Positions 50,819 to 60,859 of a stretch of DNA of 64,000 bases are shown here, one piece after another. Under the pieces are notes generated by a model that saw only the letters and a program-made list of their open reading frames with translations, had not been told where the DNA came from and did not search any database. Numbering within the stretch: position 1 is the first letter of the stretch; each line of letters starts with the position of its first letter. The position numbers and the translations under genes were made by a program. The stretch comes from Escherichia coli (GTDB lineage Bacteria > Pseudomonadota > Gammaproteobacteria > Enterobacterales > Enterobacteriaceae): assembly GCF_013315695.1 (NCBI RefSeq), contig NZ_CP054353.1, one strand, 5' to 3'.

Positions 50819-52707
50819 TATGATGAGTGCTGTCACAACAGCATTACAGCCCCTGATAAGGGCATTGCCGGTGACGCCAGTTGAATGGGCTGATCAAAAT
50901 TATTATCTGCCTAAAGAATCTTCATATGGTGAGGGAGAATGGAAAACGCTGCCGTTCCAGATCGCCATCATGAACAGCATGGGGAATGATCAGATCCGGA
51001 CTGTTAATCTGATTAAATCTGCCCGTGTTGGCTATACAAAGATGTTGCTGGGGGTGGTCGGGTATTTTATTGAGCATAAATCCCGAAACAGTCTGCTTTT
51101 TCAGCCCACGGATTCTGCCGCTGAAGATTTTATGAAGTCTCACGTGGAGGCGACGATTCGGGATGTGCCATGTCTGAAAGACCTTTCTCCATGGCTGGGG
51201 CGTAAACATCGTGACAATACTCTCACGCTGAAACGCTTTTCATCGGGTGTGGGCTTCTGGTGCCTGGGCGGCGCTGCCGCCAAAAACTACCGTGAAAAAT
51301 CCGTGGACGTGGTCTGCTATGACGAACTTTCCTCGTTCGAACCGGATGTCGAAAAAGAGGGTTCGCCAACCCTGCTTGGGGATAAACGTATTGAGGGCTC
51401 TGTATGGCCCAAATCCATTCGCGGCTCGACGCCTAAAATCAAAGGCACCTGCCAGATCGAAAAAGCGGCCAACGAGTCGGCGCATTTCATGCGTTTTTAT
51501 GTGCCCTGCCCGCACTGTGGGGAGGCGCAGTATCTGAAATTTGGCGATGAGTCCACGCCTTTTGGCCTTAAATGGGAGAAGGACAGCCCCGAAAGCGTTT
51601 TCTACCTCTGTGAACATCATGGCTGCGTGATCCATCAGTCTGAGCTTGACCAGAGCAACGGGCGGTGGATCTGTGAAAACACGGGGATGTGGACCCGCGA
51701 CGGTCTGACGTTTTTCAGCGCTGCGGATAATGAAATTCCGCCGCCGCGCTCCATCACATTCCATATCTGGACGGCGTACAGTCCGTTCACCACCTGGGTA
51801 CAGATTGTCTATGACTGGCTGGATGCACTGAAAGATCCCAACGGCCTGAAAACCTTTGTGAACACCACGCTGGGCGAGACCTGGGAAGAGGCCGTGGGCG
51901 AAAAACTCGATCACCAGGTGCTGATGGATAAGGTTGTGCGTTACACGGCTGCGGTGCCTTCCCGGGTGGTTTATCTGACGGCGGGCATTGACTCGCAGCG
52001 AAACCGTTTTGAGATGTATGTCTGGGGATGGGCTCCGGGAGAGGAAGCCTTTCTGGTGGATAAAATCATCATTATGGGGCGTCCCGATGAGGAAGAGACG
52101 CTGTTACGTGTGGATGTGGCGATCAACAAAAAATACCGCCATGCAGACGGAACCGAAATGACCATTTCCCGTGTCTGCTGGGACACCGGGGGGAATTGTC
52201 TATCAGAGGTCAAAAAAACACGGTGTTTTCCGGGTGCTGCCGGTAAAAGGTGCATCTGTTTATGGCAAGCCGGTGATCACCATGCCAAAAACCCGCAATC
52301 AGCGGGGCGTGTATCTGTGCGAAGTGGGGACGGACACCGCAAAAGAAATTCTCTATGCCCGTATGAAAGCCGATCCCACGCCTGCGGATGAAGCCACGTC
52401 GTATGCCATCCGTTTTCCTGATGATCCGGAGATTTTTTCGCAGACAGAGGCGCAGCAACTGGTGGCGGAAGAGCTTGTGGAGAAGTGGGAAAAAGGAAAG
52501 ATGCGTCTGCTGTGGGATAACAAAAAGCGGCGTAACGAAGCGCTGGACTGCCTGGTGTATGCCTACGCGGCATTACGTGTGTCCGTGCAACGCTGGCAGC
52601 TTGATCTGGCTGTACTGGCAAAATCCCGGGAAGAAGAGACGACCCGGCCAACCCTTAAAGAACTGGCAGCGAAGCTGTCCGGAGGAGTGAATGGTTACAG
52701 TCGCTGA
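50790..52707 (+). pseudogene. A: terminase large subunit gpA, interrupted by a frameshift at a G6 run (52188-52193)
   Basis: MNISEQQLNN... is colinear with lambda gpA up to ...ISRVCWDTGG. The homologous continuation IVYQRSKKHGVFRVLPVKGASVYGKP...RRNEALDCLVYAYAALRVSVQRWQLDL is in the -1 frame (ORF 52171-52707). Five G instead of six would give TGGIVYQ in frame. Confidence 0.8.
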
Positions 52708-52897
52708 ACTGCAGGCGCTGCGTCAGGCGCGCCTTGATTTATTAACCGGTAAACGGGTGGTGTCTGTCCAGAAAGATGGTCGCAGAATTGAATATACGGC
52801 AGCTTCTCTGGATGAGCTTAACCGGGCGATCAATGATGCGGAGTCGGTACTGGGGACAACCCGCCGTCGCCGTCGTCCGCTGGGAGTGAGGTTATGA
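52691..52897 (+). CDS. W: head-tail joining protein gpW
   Basis: 68 aa. ...LTGKRVVSVQKDGRRIEYTAASL... parallels lambda W ...[23 protein letters not shown]... Confidence 0.85.
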   Translation: MVTVAELQALRQARLDLLTGKRVVSVQKDGRRIEYTAASLDELNRAINDAESVLGTTRRRRRPLGVRL

Positions 52898-54486
52898 AAC
52901 GAACGCCTGTCCTGATTGATGTGAACGGCGTTCCGCTTCGGGAGAGCCTCAGCTACAACGGTGGCGGTGCAGGATTTGGCGGGCAAATGGCAGAGTGGTT
53001 GCCACCCTCGCAGAGTGCCGATGCGGCCCTGCTGCCCGCGTTGCGTCTGGGGAATGCCCGTGCAGATGATCTGGTGCGCAATAACGGAATAGCGGCCAAT
53101 GCGGTGGCCCTGCATAAGGATCACATTGTCGGGCATATGTTTCTGATCAGTTACCGTCCGAACTGGCGCTGGCTGGGGATGCGGGAGACCGCGGCAAAAA
53201 GTTTTGTCGATGAGGTGGAGGCGGCCTGGTCAGAATACGCAGAAGGGATGTTTGGTGAGATCGACATGGAAGGGAAACGCACGTTCACGGAATTTATCCG
53301 TGAAGGTGTGGGCGTTCATGCGTTTAACGGCGAAATCTTTGTGCAGCCGGTCTGGGATACGGAGAGCACGCAACTGTTTCGTACGCGTTTTAAAGCCGTG
53401 AGTCCGAAACGGGTGGACACGCCAGGACACGGTATGGGGAACCGTTTTCTGCGGGCCGGTGTGGAGGTCGATCGATATGGTCGTGCCGTTGCGTACCATA
53501 TCTGTGAGGATGATTTTCCTCGCTCCGGGAGTGGACGATGGGAACGGATCCCGCGTGAACTTCCCACCGGGCGTCCGGCCATGCTGCATATTTTCGAGCC
53601 GGTGGAGGACGGGCAGACCCGTGGGGCCAATCAGTTTTACAGCGTAATGGAACGGCTGAAGATGCTCGATTCCCTGCAGGCAACACAGCTTCAGTCGGCC
53701 ATAGTGAAGGCGATGTATGCAGCGACGATTGAAAGTGAACTTGATACCGAAAAGGCCTTTGAATATATCGCCGGTGCGCCGCAGGGGCAGAAGGATAATC
53801 CGCTTATTAATATTCTGGAGAAGTTCTCCACCTGGTATGACACGAATAGCGTGACGCTGGGCGGTGTCAAAATTCCGCACCTTTTCCCCGGTGATGATCT
53901 GAAACTTCAGACCGCGCAGGATTCAGACAATGGATTTTCGGCGCTTGAACAGGCGCTGCTGCGGTATATCGCCGCCGGTCTTGGCGTTTCCTACGAACAG
54001 TTGTCCCGTGATTACTCGAAGGTCAGTTATTCAAGTGCCCGCGCATCCGCCAATGAGTCGTGGCGCTATTTTATGGGGCGGCGAAAATTTATTGCGTCCC
54101 GGCTGGCCACGCAGATGTTTTCCTGCTGGCTGGAAGAGGCACTTCTTCGGGGGATTATTCGTCCGCCACGGGCGCGTTTTGATTTTTATCAGGCGCGATC
54201 AGCCTGGTCACGGGCTGAGTGGATTGGAGCCGGAAGAATGGCCATTGACGGGCTCAAGGAGGTTCAGGAATCAGTGATGCGCATTGAGGCCGGACTGAGC
54301 ACGTATGAGAAAGAGCTGGCGCTGATGGGCGAGGATTATCAGGACATTTTCCGCCAGCAGGTCAGGGAATCTGCAGAGCGGGAAAAAGCCGGACTCTCAC
54401 GTCCGGTGTGGATAGCGCAGGCGTATCAGCAGCAGATAGCGGAGAGTCGCAGGCCGGAAGAGGAGACAACACCACGTGAGACGTAA
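52894..54486 (+). CDS. B: portal protein gpB
   Basis: 530 aa. Lambda-portal family by order and size. Confidence 0.9.
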   Translation: MKRTPVLIDVNGVPLRESLSYNGGGAGFGGQMAEWLPPSQSADAALLPALRLGNARADDLVRNNGIAANAVALHKDHIVGHMFLISYRPNWRWLGMRETAAKSFVDEVEAAWSEYAEGMFGEIDMEGKRTFTEFIREGVGVHAFNGEIFVQPVWDTESTQLFRTRFKAVSPKRVDTPGHGMGNRFLRAGVEVDRYGRAVAYHICEDDFPRSGSGRWERIPRELPTGRPAMLHIFEPVEDGQTRGANQFYSVMERLKMLDSLQATQLQSAIVKAMYAATIESELDTEKAFEYIAGAPQGQKDNPLINILEKFSTWYDTNSVTLGGVKIPHLFPGDDLKLQTAQDSDNGFSALEQALLRYIAAGLGVSYEQLSRDYSKVSYSSARASANESWRYFMGRRKFIASRLATQMFSCWLEEALLRGIIRPPRARFDFYQARSAWSRAEWIGAGRMAIDGLKEVQESVMRIEAGLSTYEKELALMGEDYQDIFRQQVRESAEREKAGLSRPVWIAQAYQQQIAESRRPEEETTPRET

Positions 54487-55981
54487 TCTTTCACACATTA
54501 TTGCCGCAGCATTCAATGAACCGCTGCTTCTGGAGCCCGCCTATGCGCGGGTTTTCTTTTGCGCGCTCGGGCGCGAGATGGGGGCAGCAAGTCTTTCGGT
54601 ACCGCAACAGCAGGTACAGCTTGATGCTCCCGGGATGCTGGCTGAAACGGACGAGTACATGGCCGGAGGTAAACGACCGGCCCGTGTTTACCGGGTGGTG
54701 AACGGTATTGCGGTACTGCCGGTGACCGGCACGCTGGTGCACCGGCTGGGGGGGATGCGGCCATTTTCCGGAATGACTGGCTATGACGGCATTGTCGCCT
54801 GTCTTCAGCAGGCAATGGCAGATAGCCAGGTGCGGGGCATACTGCTGGACATTGACAGTCCGGGCGGGCAGGCCGCCGGCGCGTTTGACTGCGCTGACAT
54901 GATTTACCGCCTCCGGCAGCAGAAGCCGGTCTGGGCACTGTGTAATGACACGGCCTGTTCTGCAGCCATGCTGCTGGCGTCGGCCTGCTCCCGACGGCTG
55001 GTTACCCAGACATCCCGTATCGGCTCCATTGGCGTGATGATGAGCCATGTCAGCTATGCCGGTCATCTGGCGCAGGCCGGTGTGGATATCACGCTGATTT
55101 ACTCAGGAGCGCACAAGGTGGATGGCAATCAGTTTGAAGCGTTGCCGGCAGAGGTTCGCCAGGACATGCAGCAGCGGATTGATGCGGCGCGCCGGATGTT
55201 TGCCGAAAAAGTGGCGATGTATACCGGTCTGTCTGTTGATGCGGTCACGGGAACAGAGGCTGCCGTTTTTGAAGGTCAGTCCGGCATTGAGGCCGGGCTG
55301 GCGGATGAATTAATCAATGCGTCGGATGCCATCAGTGTGATGGCCACGGCGCTGAACAGTAATGTCAGAGGAGGCACTATGCCGCAATTAACTGCAACGG
55401 AAGCCGCCGTGCAGGAGAACCAGCGAGTGATGGGGATCCTGACATGCCAGGAAGCGAAAGGACGTGAACAGCTTGCCACGATGCTGGCAGGGCAACAGGG
55501 CATGAGCGTTGAACAGGCCCGGGCGATTCTGGCCGCGGCGGCACCGCAGCAGCCGGTGGCATCCGCACAGAGTGAAGCCGATCGCATTATGGCGTGTGAA
55601 GAAGCGAACGGTCGTGAACAACTGGCGGCAACGCTGGCGGCGATGCCGGAGATGACGGTGGAAAAAGCCCGCCCGATCCTGGCTGCTTCACCGCAGGCGA
55701 ATGCCGGACCATCACTCCGTGATCAGATCATGGCACTGGATGAGGCAAAAGGGGCTGAGGCGCAGGCTGAACAGCTGGCTGCCTGCCCGGGAATGACTGT
55801 GGAGAGCGCCCGGGCTGTGCTGGCTGCGGGATCAGGTAAGGCAGAACCGGTCTCTGCATCCACAACCGCCCTGTTTGAACATTTCATGGCGAACCATTCA
55901 CCGGCTGCGGTCCAGGGGGGCGTGTCACAGGCGTCAGAAGACGGTGATGCGGACGTGAAAATGCTCATGGCCATGCCATGA
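54476..55981 (+). CDS. C: head maturation protease (S49/ClpP-like) with scaffold-like C-terminal part (gpC/Nu3 equivalent)
   Basis: S49 core (...GILLDIDSPGGQAAGAFD...CSAAMLLASACS...). The C-terminal third carries three tandem ~40-aa repeats. Gene order B-C-D-E. Confidence 0.85.
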   Translation: MRRNLSHIIAAAFNEPLLLEPAYARVFFCALGREMGAASLSVPQQQVQLDAPGMLAETDEYMAGGKRPARVYRVVNGIAVLPVTGTLVHRLGGMRPFSGMTGYDGIVACLQQAMADSQVRGILLDIDSPGGQAAGAFDCADMIYRLRQQKPVWALCNDTACSAAMLLASACSRRLVTQTSRIGSIGVMMSHVSYAGHLAQAGVDITLIYSGAHKVDGNQFEALPAEVRQDMQQRIDAARRMFAEKVAMYTGLSVDAVTGTEAAVFEGQSGIEAGLADELINASDAISVMATALNSNVRGGTMPQLTATEAAVQENQRVMGILTCQEAKGREQLATMLAGQQGMSVEQARAILAAAAPQQPVASAQSEADRIMACEEANGREQLAATLAAMPEMTVEKARPILAASPQANAGPSLRDQIMALDEAKGAEAQAEQLAACPGMTVESARAVLAAGSGKAEPVSASTTALFEHFMANHSPAAVQGGVSQASEDGDADVKMLMAMP

Positions 55982-56017
55982 AGTCAGTGCTGAACATCAA
56001 TACGAGGTTTTTACAAT

Positions 56018-56365
56018 ATGGTGACGAAAACCATCACTGAACAGCGTGCGGAAGTACGTATTTTTGCCGGTAATGATCCGGCTCACACCGCCACAGGCAG
56101 CAGCGGGATTTCCTCGGCAACACCGGCACTGACACCCCTGATGCTGGATGGGGCCACCGGGAAACTGGTGGTCTGGGACGGACAGAAAGCCGGTAGTGCG
56201 GTTGGCATACTGGTACTGCCGCTTGAAGGCACAGAGGAGGTGCTGACCTATTACAAGTCGGGGACCTTTGCGACGGAGGCAATCCGCTGGCCTGAAAGTG
56301 TGGATGAACACAAAAAGGCCAACGCCTTTACCGGCAGTGCCCTGAGTCACGCGGCGCTGCCGTAA
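56018..56365 (+). CDS. D: head decoration protein gpD
   Basis: ...GNDPAHTATGSSGISSATPALTPLMLDGATGKLVVWDG...YYKSGTF... parallels lambda D ...[39 protein letters not shown]...FYKSGTF. Confidence 0.85.
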   Translation: MVTKTITEQRAEVRIFAGNDPAHTATGSSGISSATPALTPLMLDGATGKLVVWDGQKAGSAVGILVLPLEGTEEVLTYYKSGTFATEAIRWPESVDEHKKANAFTGSALSHAALP

Positions 56366-56422
56366 CACGTTATCAGGCCACCGCGTTGGCCTGACTGATT
56401 TCTTAATGAAAGGAACTGATTT

Positions 56423-57451
56423 ATGGGATTGTTTACGACCCGCCAGTTACTCGGTTATACCGAACAAAAAGTTAAATTCCGTGCGCTGTTTCTGGAGCTG
56501 TTTTTCCGCCGTACGGTGAATTTCCACACCGAAGAGGTGATGCTGGACAAAATTACCGGAAAAACGCCGGTGGCGGCCTATGTCTCCCCGATCGTTGAAG
56601 GAAAAGTGCTTCGCCATCGCGGTGGTGAAACCCGCGTGTTACGTCCGGGCTACGTCAAGCCCAAACACGAATTTAATTACCAGCAGGCGGTTGAGCGCCT
56701 TCCTGGTGAAGATCCGGCTCAGCTGAACGACCCGGCCTACCGTCGTCTGCGTATCATTACCGATAACCTCAAACAGGAAGAGCACGCCATTGTCCAGGTG
56801 GAAGAAATGCAGGCGGTGAATGCCGTGCTGTATGGCAAATACACCATGGAAGGGGATCAGTTTGATACTGTCGAGGTGGATTTCGGGCGCTCTGAAGGAA
56901 ATAACATTGAGCAGGCTGACGGTAAAAAATGGTCTGAGCAGGACCGTGATACGTTTGATCCGACGCATGATATTGACCTCTACTGCGATCAGGCCAGCGG
57001 CCTTGTGAATATCGCCATTATGGACGGTACGGTCTGGCGTCTGCTGAATGGCTTTAAGCTGTTCCGCGAAAAACTGGATACCCGTCGCGGCTCAAATTCA
57101 CAACTCGAAACGGCAGTGAAAGATCTGGGGGCGGTGGTGTCCTTCAAGGGGTATTACGGCGATCTGGCCATTGTGGTGGCGAAAACGTCTTATGTGGCAG
57201 AGGACGGTACCGAAAAACGTTATCTGCCGGAGGGCATGCTGGTGCTGGGGAATACGGCAGCAGAGGGCATTCGTTGCTATGGTGCCATTCAGGATGCGCA
57301 GGCGTTGTCCGAAGGTGTGGTGGCCTCTTCCCGTTACCCGAAACACTGGCTGACCGTGGGCGATCCGGCCCGTGAATTCACCATGACGCAGTCCGCACCG
57401 CTGATGGTGCTGCCGGATCCGGATGAGTTTGTGGTGGTACAGGTGAAATAA
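56423..57451 (+). CDS. E: major capsid protein gpE
   Basis: 342 aa. ...YVSPIVEGKVLRHRGGETRVLRPGYVKPKHEFN...VQVEEMQAVNAVLYGKYTMEG...TRRGSNSQLETAVKDLG... is colinear with lambda E. Confidence 0.9.
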   Translation: MGLFTTRQLLGYTEQKVKFRALFLELFFRRTVNFHTEEVMLDKITGKTPVAAYVSPIVEGKVLRHRGGETRVLRPGYVKPKHEFNYQQAVERLPGEDPAQLNDPAYRRLRIITDNLKQEEHAIVQVEEMQAVNAVLYGKYTMEGDQFDTVEVDFGRSEGNNIEQADGKKWSEQDRDTFDPTHDIDLYCDQASGLVNIAIMDGTVWRLLNGFKLFREKLDTRRGSNSQLETAVKDLGAVVSFKGYYGDLAIVVAKTSYVAEDGTEKRYLPEGMLVLGNTAAEGIRCYGAIQDAQALSEGVVASSRYPKHWLTVGDPAREFTMTQSAPLMVLPDPDEFVVVQVK

Positions 57452-57502
57452 TCCGTGAGCGGGGGCGAAATGCCCCCGTGTCTTTTTTCACAGGAGGCTG
57501 AG

Positions 57503-57886
57503 ATGGCAACAAAAGAAGAAAATCTGAATCGTCTTCGTCAACTGGCTGGCCTGCTGGGGCGCGAGGCGGATATGTCGGGGAGTGCTGCGGATATTGCTCA
57601 ACGTGTGTCTGAGTGGGAAGAGGAGCTTGCTGTTTCCCCGGAGGGCATTATGCACTCTGATGAGAGCGGGGCTGATCAAAATCACACAGACGATGGTGAG
57701 CAGTTGCACAACACTGATGCTCCGGATGATGTTAAAGCGGTCCGTGTGCGGAAATGCCTGCATGTGATGGGGTATTGCCCGGAGACAGGCCGTCCCGTTG
57801 AACTGACGTACCGGGGCATGCGTGTTATGGTGCCATCACCACTGGCGACAGCCATGATACAGCACGGAACGGCTGAGCATGCGTGA
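57503..57886 (+). CDS. FI: DNA-packaging/head completion protein FI
   Basis: Within ORF 57455-57886. Start taken at MATKEENLNRLRQLAGLLGREADMSGSAADIAQRVSEWEEEL, parallel to lambda FI MTKDELIARLRSLGEQLNRDVSLTG...ELKEEL. Confidence 0.7.
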   Translation: MATKEENLNRLRQLAGLLGREADMSGSAADIAQRVSEWEEELAVSPEGIMHSDESGADQNHTDDGEQLHNTDAPDDVKAVRVRKCLHVMGYCPETGRPVELTYRGMRVMVPSPLATAMIQHGTAEHA

Positions 57887-58232
57887 TTTTCAGAATGCCT
57901 TTGATGCTGCCCTCGCCGGGGTGGACAGTACGATCGTTGAAGTGATGGGGATCCGTGCGCAGTTCACCTCCGGAGCACAACGTGGCGGCGAAGTTCAGGG
58001 GGTTTTTGACGATCCGGAGTCGCTGGGTTTTGCCGGTGGCGGGGTCCGTATTGAAGGAAGCAGCCCGTCATTATTTGTGCGGACGGATACGGTGCGTGCC
58101 GTGCGGCGTGGTGACACGCTGACCATTAACGGCGAGATGTTCTGGGTGGATCGTGTTTCTCCGGATGACGGGGGAAGCTGTTATCTCTGGCTCAACCGTG
58201 GGCAACCACCCGCTGTTAACCGGCGACGATAA
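57879..58232 (+). CDS. FII: head-tail connector protein FII
   Basis: 117 aa. ...GVFDDPESLGFAGGGVRIEGSSPSLFVRTD...FWVDRVSPDDGGSCYLWL.RGQPPAVNRRR is nearly colinear with lambda FII. Confidence 0.85.
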   Translation: MRDFQNAFDAALAGVDSTIVEVMGIRAQFTSGAQRGGEVQGVFDDPESLGFAGGGVRIEGSSPSLFVRTDTVRAVRRGDTLTINGEMFWVDRVSPDDGGSCYLWLNRGQPPAVNRRR

Positions 58233-58247
58233 ACGCAGGGTGAAATT

Positions 58248-58823
58248 ATGGCGATAAAAGGGCTTGATCAGGCGATTGATAATCTGAGCCGGGTTCGTAA
58301 AAACGCCATTCCGGCGGCTTCAGCAATGACGATTAACCGCGTGGCCACAACGGCGATTAATCAGTCTTCATCACAGGTTGCCCGGGAGACAAAGGTACGC
58401 CGGAAACTGGTTAAGGAACGGTCCAGACTGAAACGGGCCACGGTCAGAAATCCGAATGCAAAAATTATCGTTAACCGCGGTGATCTCCCTGTGATTAAGC
58501 TGGGGATCAGAATGCTGGGGCGTCGTCCGGACAGCATACTCAAAGCCGGTCAGCATCGTTATCAGCGGGCATTTATCCAGCGATTAAATAATGGGCGCTG
58601 GCATGTTATGCAACGTCTTCCCCAGGCCAGATATGAGGAGGGCAATGACGACAAGGGAAGGAAAAAGCGTAATCGCCTTCCCATTCAGGTGGTGAAAATC
58701 CCGATGGCGGCCCCACTGAAACAGGCATTTGATGAGAATGTTGACCGTATCCGGCGTGAACGCCTGCCTAAAGAACTGGCATACGCGCTGAAACAACAAC
58801 TGAGGATTGCGATAAAACGATGA
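58248..58823 (+). CDS. Z: tail completion protein gpZ
   Basis: 191 aa. Position and size match lambda Z. N-terminus MAIKGLDQAIDNLSR. Confidence 0.85.
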   Translation: MAIKGLDQAIDNLSRVRKNAIPAASAMTINRVATTAINQSSSQVARETKVRRKLVKERSRLKRATVRNPNAKIIVNRGDLPVIKLGIRMLGRRPDSILKAGQHRYQRAFIQRLNNGRWHVMQRLPQARYEEGNDDKGRKKRNRLPIQVVKIPMAAPLKQAFDENVDRIRRERLPKELAYALKQQLRIAIKR

Positions 58824-59215
58824 AACACACTGACATTCGTGCCGCAGTGCTGGATGCACTCGAGCAGCATGAACACGGGGCGACGCTGTTTGATGGTCGC
58901 CCCGTTGTTTTTGACGAAGAGGATTTTCCTGCGATCGCGGTTTATCTGACGGATGCAGAGTATACCGGTGAAGAGCTGGATGCAGATACCTGGCGGGCCA
59001 CGCTGCATATTGAGGTGTTTTTACCGGCACAGGTACCGGATTCAGAGCTTGATCAGTGGATGGAAAGCCGGATTTACCCGGCGATGACTGCGATCCCGGC
59101 ACTGGCAGGACTGATTACCACGATGGTTACGCAGGGCTATGAGTATCGTCGTGATGACGATATGGCGTTATGGAGCTCTGCGGATCTGACTTATTCCATT
59201 ACATACGAGATGTGA
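58820..59215 (+). CDS. U: tail terminator protein gpU
   Basis: 131 aa. [54 protein letters not shown]... is highly similar to lambda U. Confidence 0.9.
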   Translation: MKHTDIRAAVLDALEQHEHGATLFDGRPVVFDEEDFPAIAVYLTDAEYTGEELDADTWRATLHIEVFLPAQVPDSELDQWMESRIYPAMTAIPALAGLITTMVTQGYEYRRDDDMALWSSADLTYSITYEM

Positions 59216-59222
59216 GGACGAT

Positions 59223-59969
59223 ATGGCAACACCAAATCCCCTGGAGCCGGTAAAAGGTGCCGGTACCACTCTGTGGGTTTACAACGGCAAGGCTGATGCT
59301 TATGCAAACCCGTTGTCAGACGATGACTGGCAGCGACTGGCTAAGGTGAAGGATCTGACGCCGGGCGAGATGACGGCTGAATCCTACGATGATAACTACC
59401 TGGATGATGAAGACGCGGACTGGAGCGCGACCGGGCAGGGGCAGAAATCTGCAGGTGATACCAGTTTTACGCTGGCCTGGAAACCGGGAGAGGAAGGTCA
59501 GAAAGGGCTTATAGGCTGGTTTGAAAGCGGCGATGTCCGGGCCTATAAAATCCGTTTTCCGAATGGCACGGTGGATGTGTTTCGTGGCTGGGTCAGCAGT
59601 ATCGGTAAGGCCGTGACGGCGAAAGAAGTGATCACCCGCACGGTGAAAGTCACTAACGTGGGTAAACCTTCTGTAGCGGAAGAACGCAGCAAAATTACGC
59701 CGGTCACTGCGATTAAGGTAACGCCGACAGGTACGGTTGAAAAAGGGAAAACAACCACCCTGACCGTTACTGTGGAACCGGAAAATGCAACGGATAAGAC
59801 ATTCAGGGCGATTTCCGCCGATCCATCAAAAGCCACCATTAGCGTGAAAGATATGACGATTACTGTGACGGGGGTTAAGGATGGAAAAGTCAGCATCCCT
59901 GTGATTTCCGGTAATGGTCAGTTTGCTGCGGTGGCTGAAATTACCGTTAATAATGTGCCGGGTGGCTAA
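59223..59969 (+). CDS. V: major tail protein gpV with C-terminal Ig-like (Big_2) domain
   Basis: 248 aa. The C-terminal ...[48 protein letters not shown]... is a Big_2 pattern. Confidence 0.9.
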   Translation: MATPNPLEPVKGAGTTLWVYNGKADAYANPLSDDDWQRLAKVKDLTPGEMTAESYDDNYLDDEDADWSATGQGQKSAGDTSFTLAWKPGEEGQKGLIGWFESGDVRAYKIRFPNGTVDVFRGWVSSIGKAVTAKEVITRTVKVTNVGKPSVAEERSKITPVTAIKVTPTGTVEKGKTTTLTVTVEPENATDKTFRAISADPSKATISVKDMTITVTGVKDGKVSIPVISGNGQFAAVAEITVNNVPGG

Positions 59970-59987
59970 AGAGCTGAGAGATAAGCG

Positions 59988-60419
59988 ATGTTCCTGAAAA
60001 CAGAACAATTTGAATATAACGGTGTATCCGTCACGCTTTCTGAGCTGTCTGCGCTGCAGCGTATTGAGCATCTTGCCCTCCTGAAACGGCGGGCAGAAGA
60101 GGCTGAAGCCAGCGGCAACCTGCAGGTGAGTGTGGAAGATCTTGTCAGAACCGGCGCGTTTCTGGTGGCGATGTCCCTGTGGCATAACCATCCACAGAAA
60201 ACGCAGTCACCGTCAATGAATGAGGCCGTGATGAAGATAGAGCAGGAAGTGCTCACCACCTGGCCTGCCGATGCCATTGCCCGGGCGGAAGACGTGGTGT
60301 TGTGCCTGTCCGGGATGATCGAAGCTGTTCGTCCGGATACTGATATTACTGAAGTGGCGAAAAATAACACGCTGACTGATGATGATTTTTCTGCGGGAAA
60401 GTCTTCGACGGCGAGCTGA
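59988..60419 (+). CDS. G: tail assembly chaperone gpG
   Basis: 143 aa. MFLKTEQFEYNGVSVTLSELSALQRIEHLALLKRR... Ends 18 nt after the slippery site. Confidence 0.85.
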   Translation: MFLKTEQFEYNGVSVTLSELSALQRIEHLALLKRRAEEAEASGNLQVSVEDLVRTGAFLVAMSLWHNHPQKTQSPSMNEAVMKIEQEVLTTWPADAIARAEDVVLCLSGMIEAVRPDTDITEVAKNNTLTDDDFSAGKSSTAS

Positions 60420-60859
60420 ACTTTGCCCTCAGACTGGCGCGTGAGATGGGGAGACCCGACTGGCGCGCCATGCTTGCCGGGATGACATCCACCGAATATG
60501 CCGACTGGCACCGTTTTTACCGCACGCATTATTTTCAGGATACCCAGCTGGATATGCATTTTTCCGGGCTGACGTACGCTGTACTCAGCCTGTTTTTTTG
60601 CGATCCGGATATGCATCCCTCTGATTTCAGTCTGCTTGTCCCCCGGCATGAGGAAGAGCAGGTGGAGAGGCCGGATGAGGACAAAATGCTGATGCAGAAA
60701 GCGGCAGGACTTGCCGGAGGCGTCCGGTTCGGTGGGGACGGAGGGCGCGATATTTTATCGTCTGCGGATGTGGCGGATGTCATGGTGGATGATGCCGCAT
60801 TAATGATGGCTTCAGCGGGGATTCCGGGAGGTGTGAGATATGTCCCAGCCGGTTGGTGA
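59988..60859 (+). CDS. G-T: tail assembly chaperone fusion gpGT (via -1 frameshift at 60395-60401)
   Basis: The T-frame segment 60401-60859 (...MGRPDWRAMLAGMTSTEYADWHRFYRTHYFQDTQLDMHFSGLTY...GGVRYVPAGW*) is colinear with lambda T. It has no independent ribosome-binding site. Confidence 0.75.
60395..60401 (+). promoter_or_regulatory. -1 programmed ribosomal frameshift site G GGA AAG (G to GT)
   Basis: This heptamer is identical to the lambda G/GT slippery sequence. Zero-frame codons GGA AAG were verified from the gpG start. The -1 frame continues VFDGELNFALRLAREMGRPDWRAMLAGMTSTEYADWHRFY... Confidence 0.8.

Noticed and set aside
51240-55066. Minus-strand ORFs 51240-51914, 53230-53880 and 54491-55066, plus several shorter ones.
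   Set aside because: They are antisense to the terminase, portal and protease genes, which are colinear with lambda proteins.
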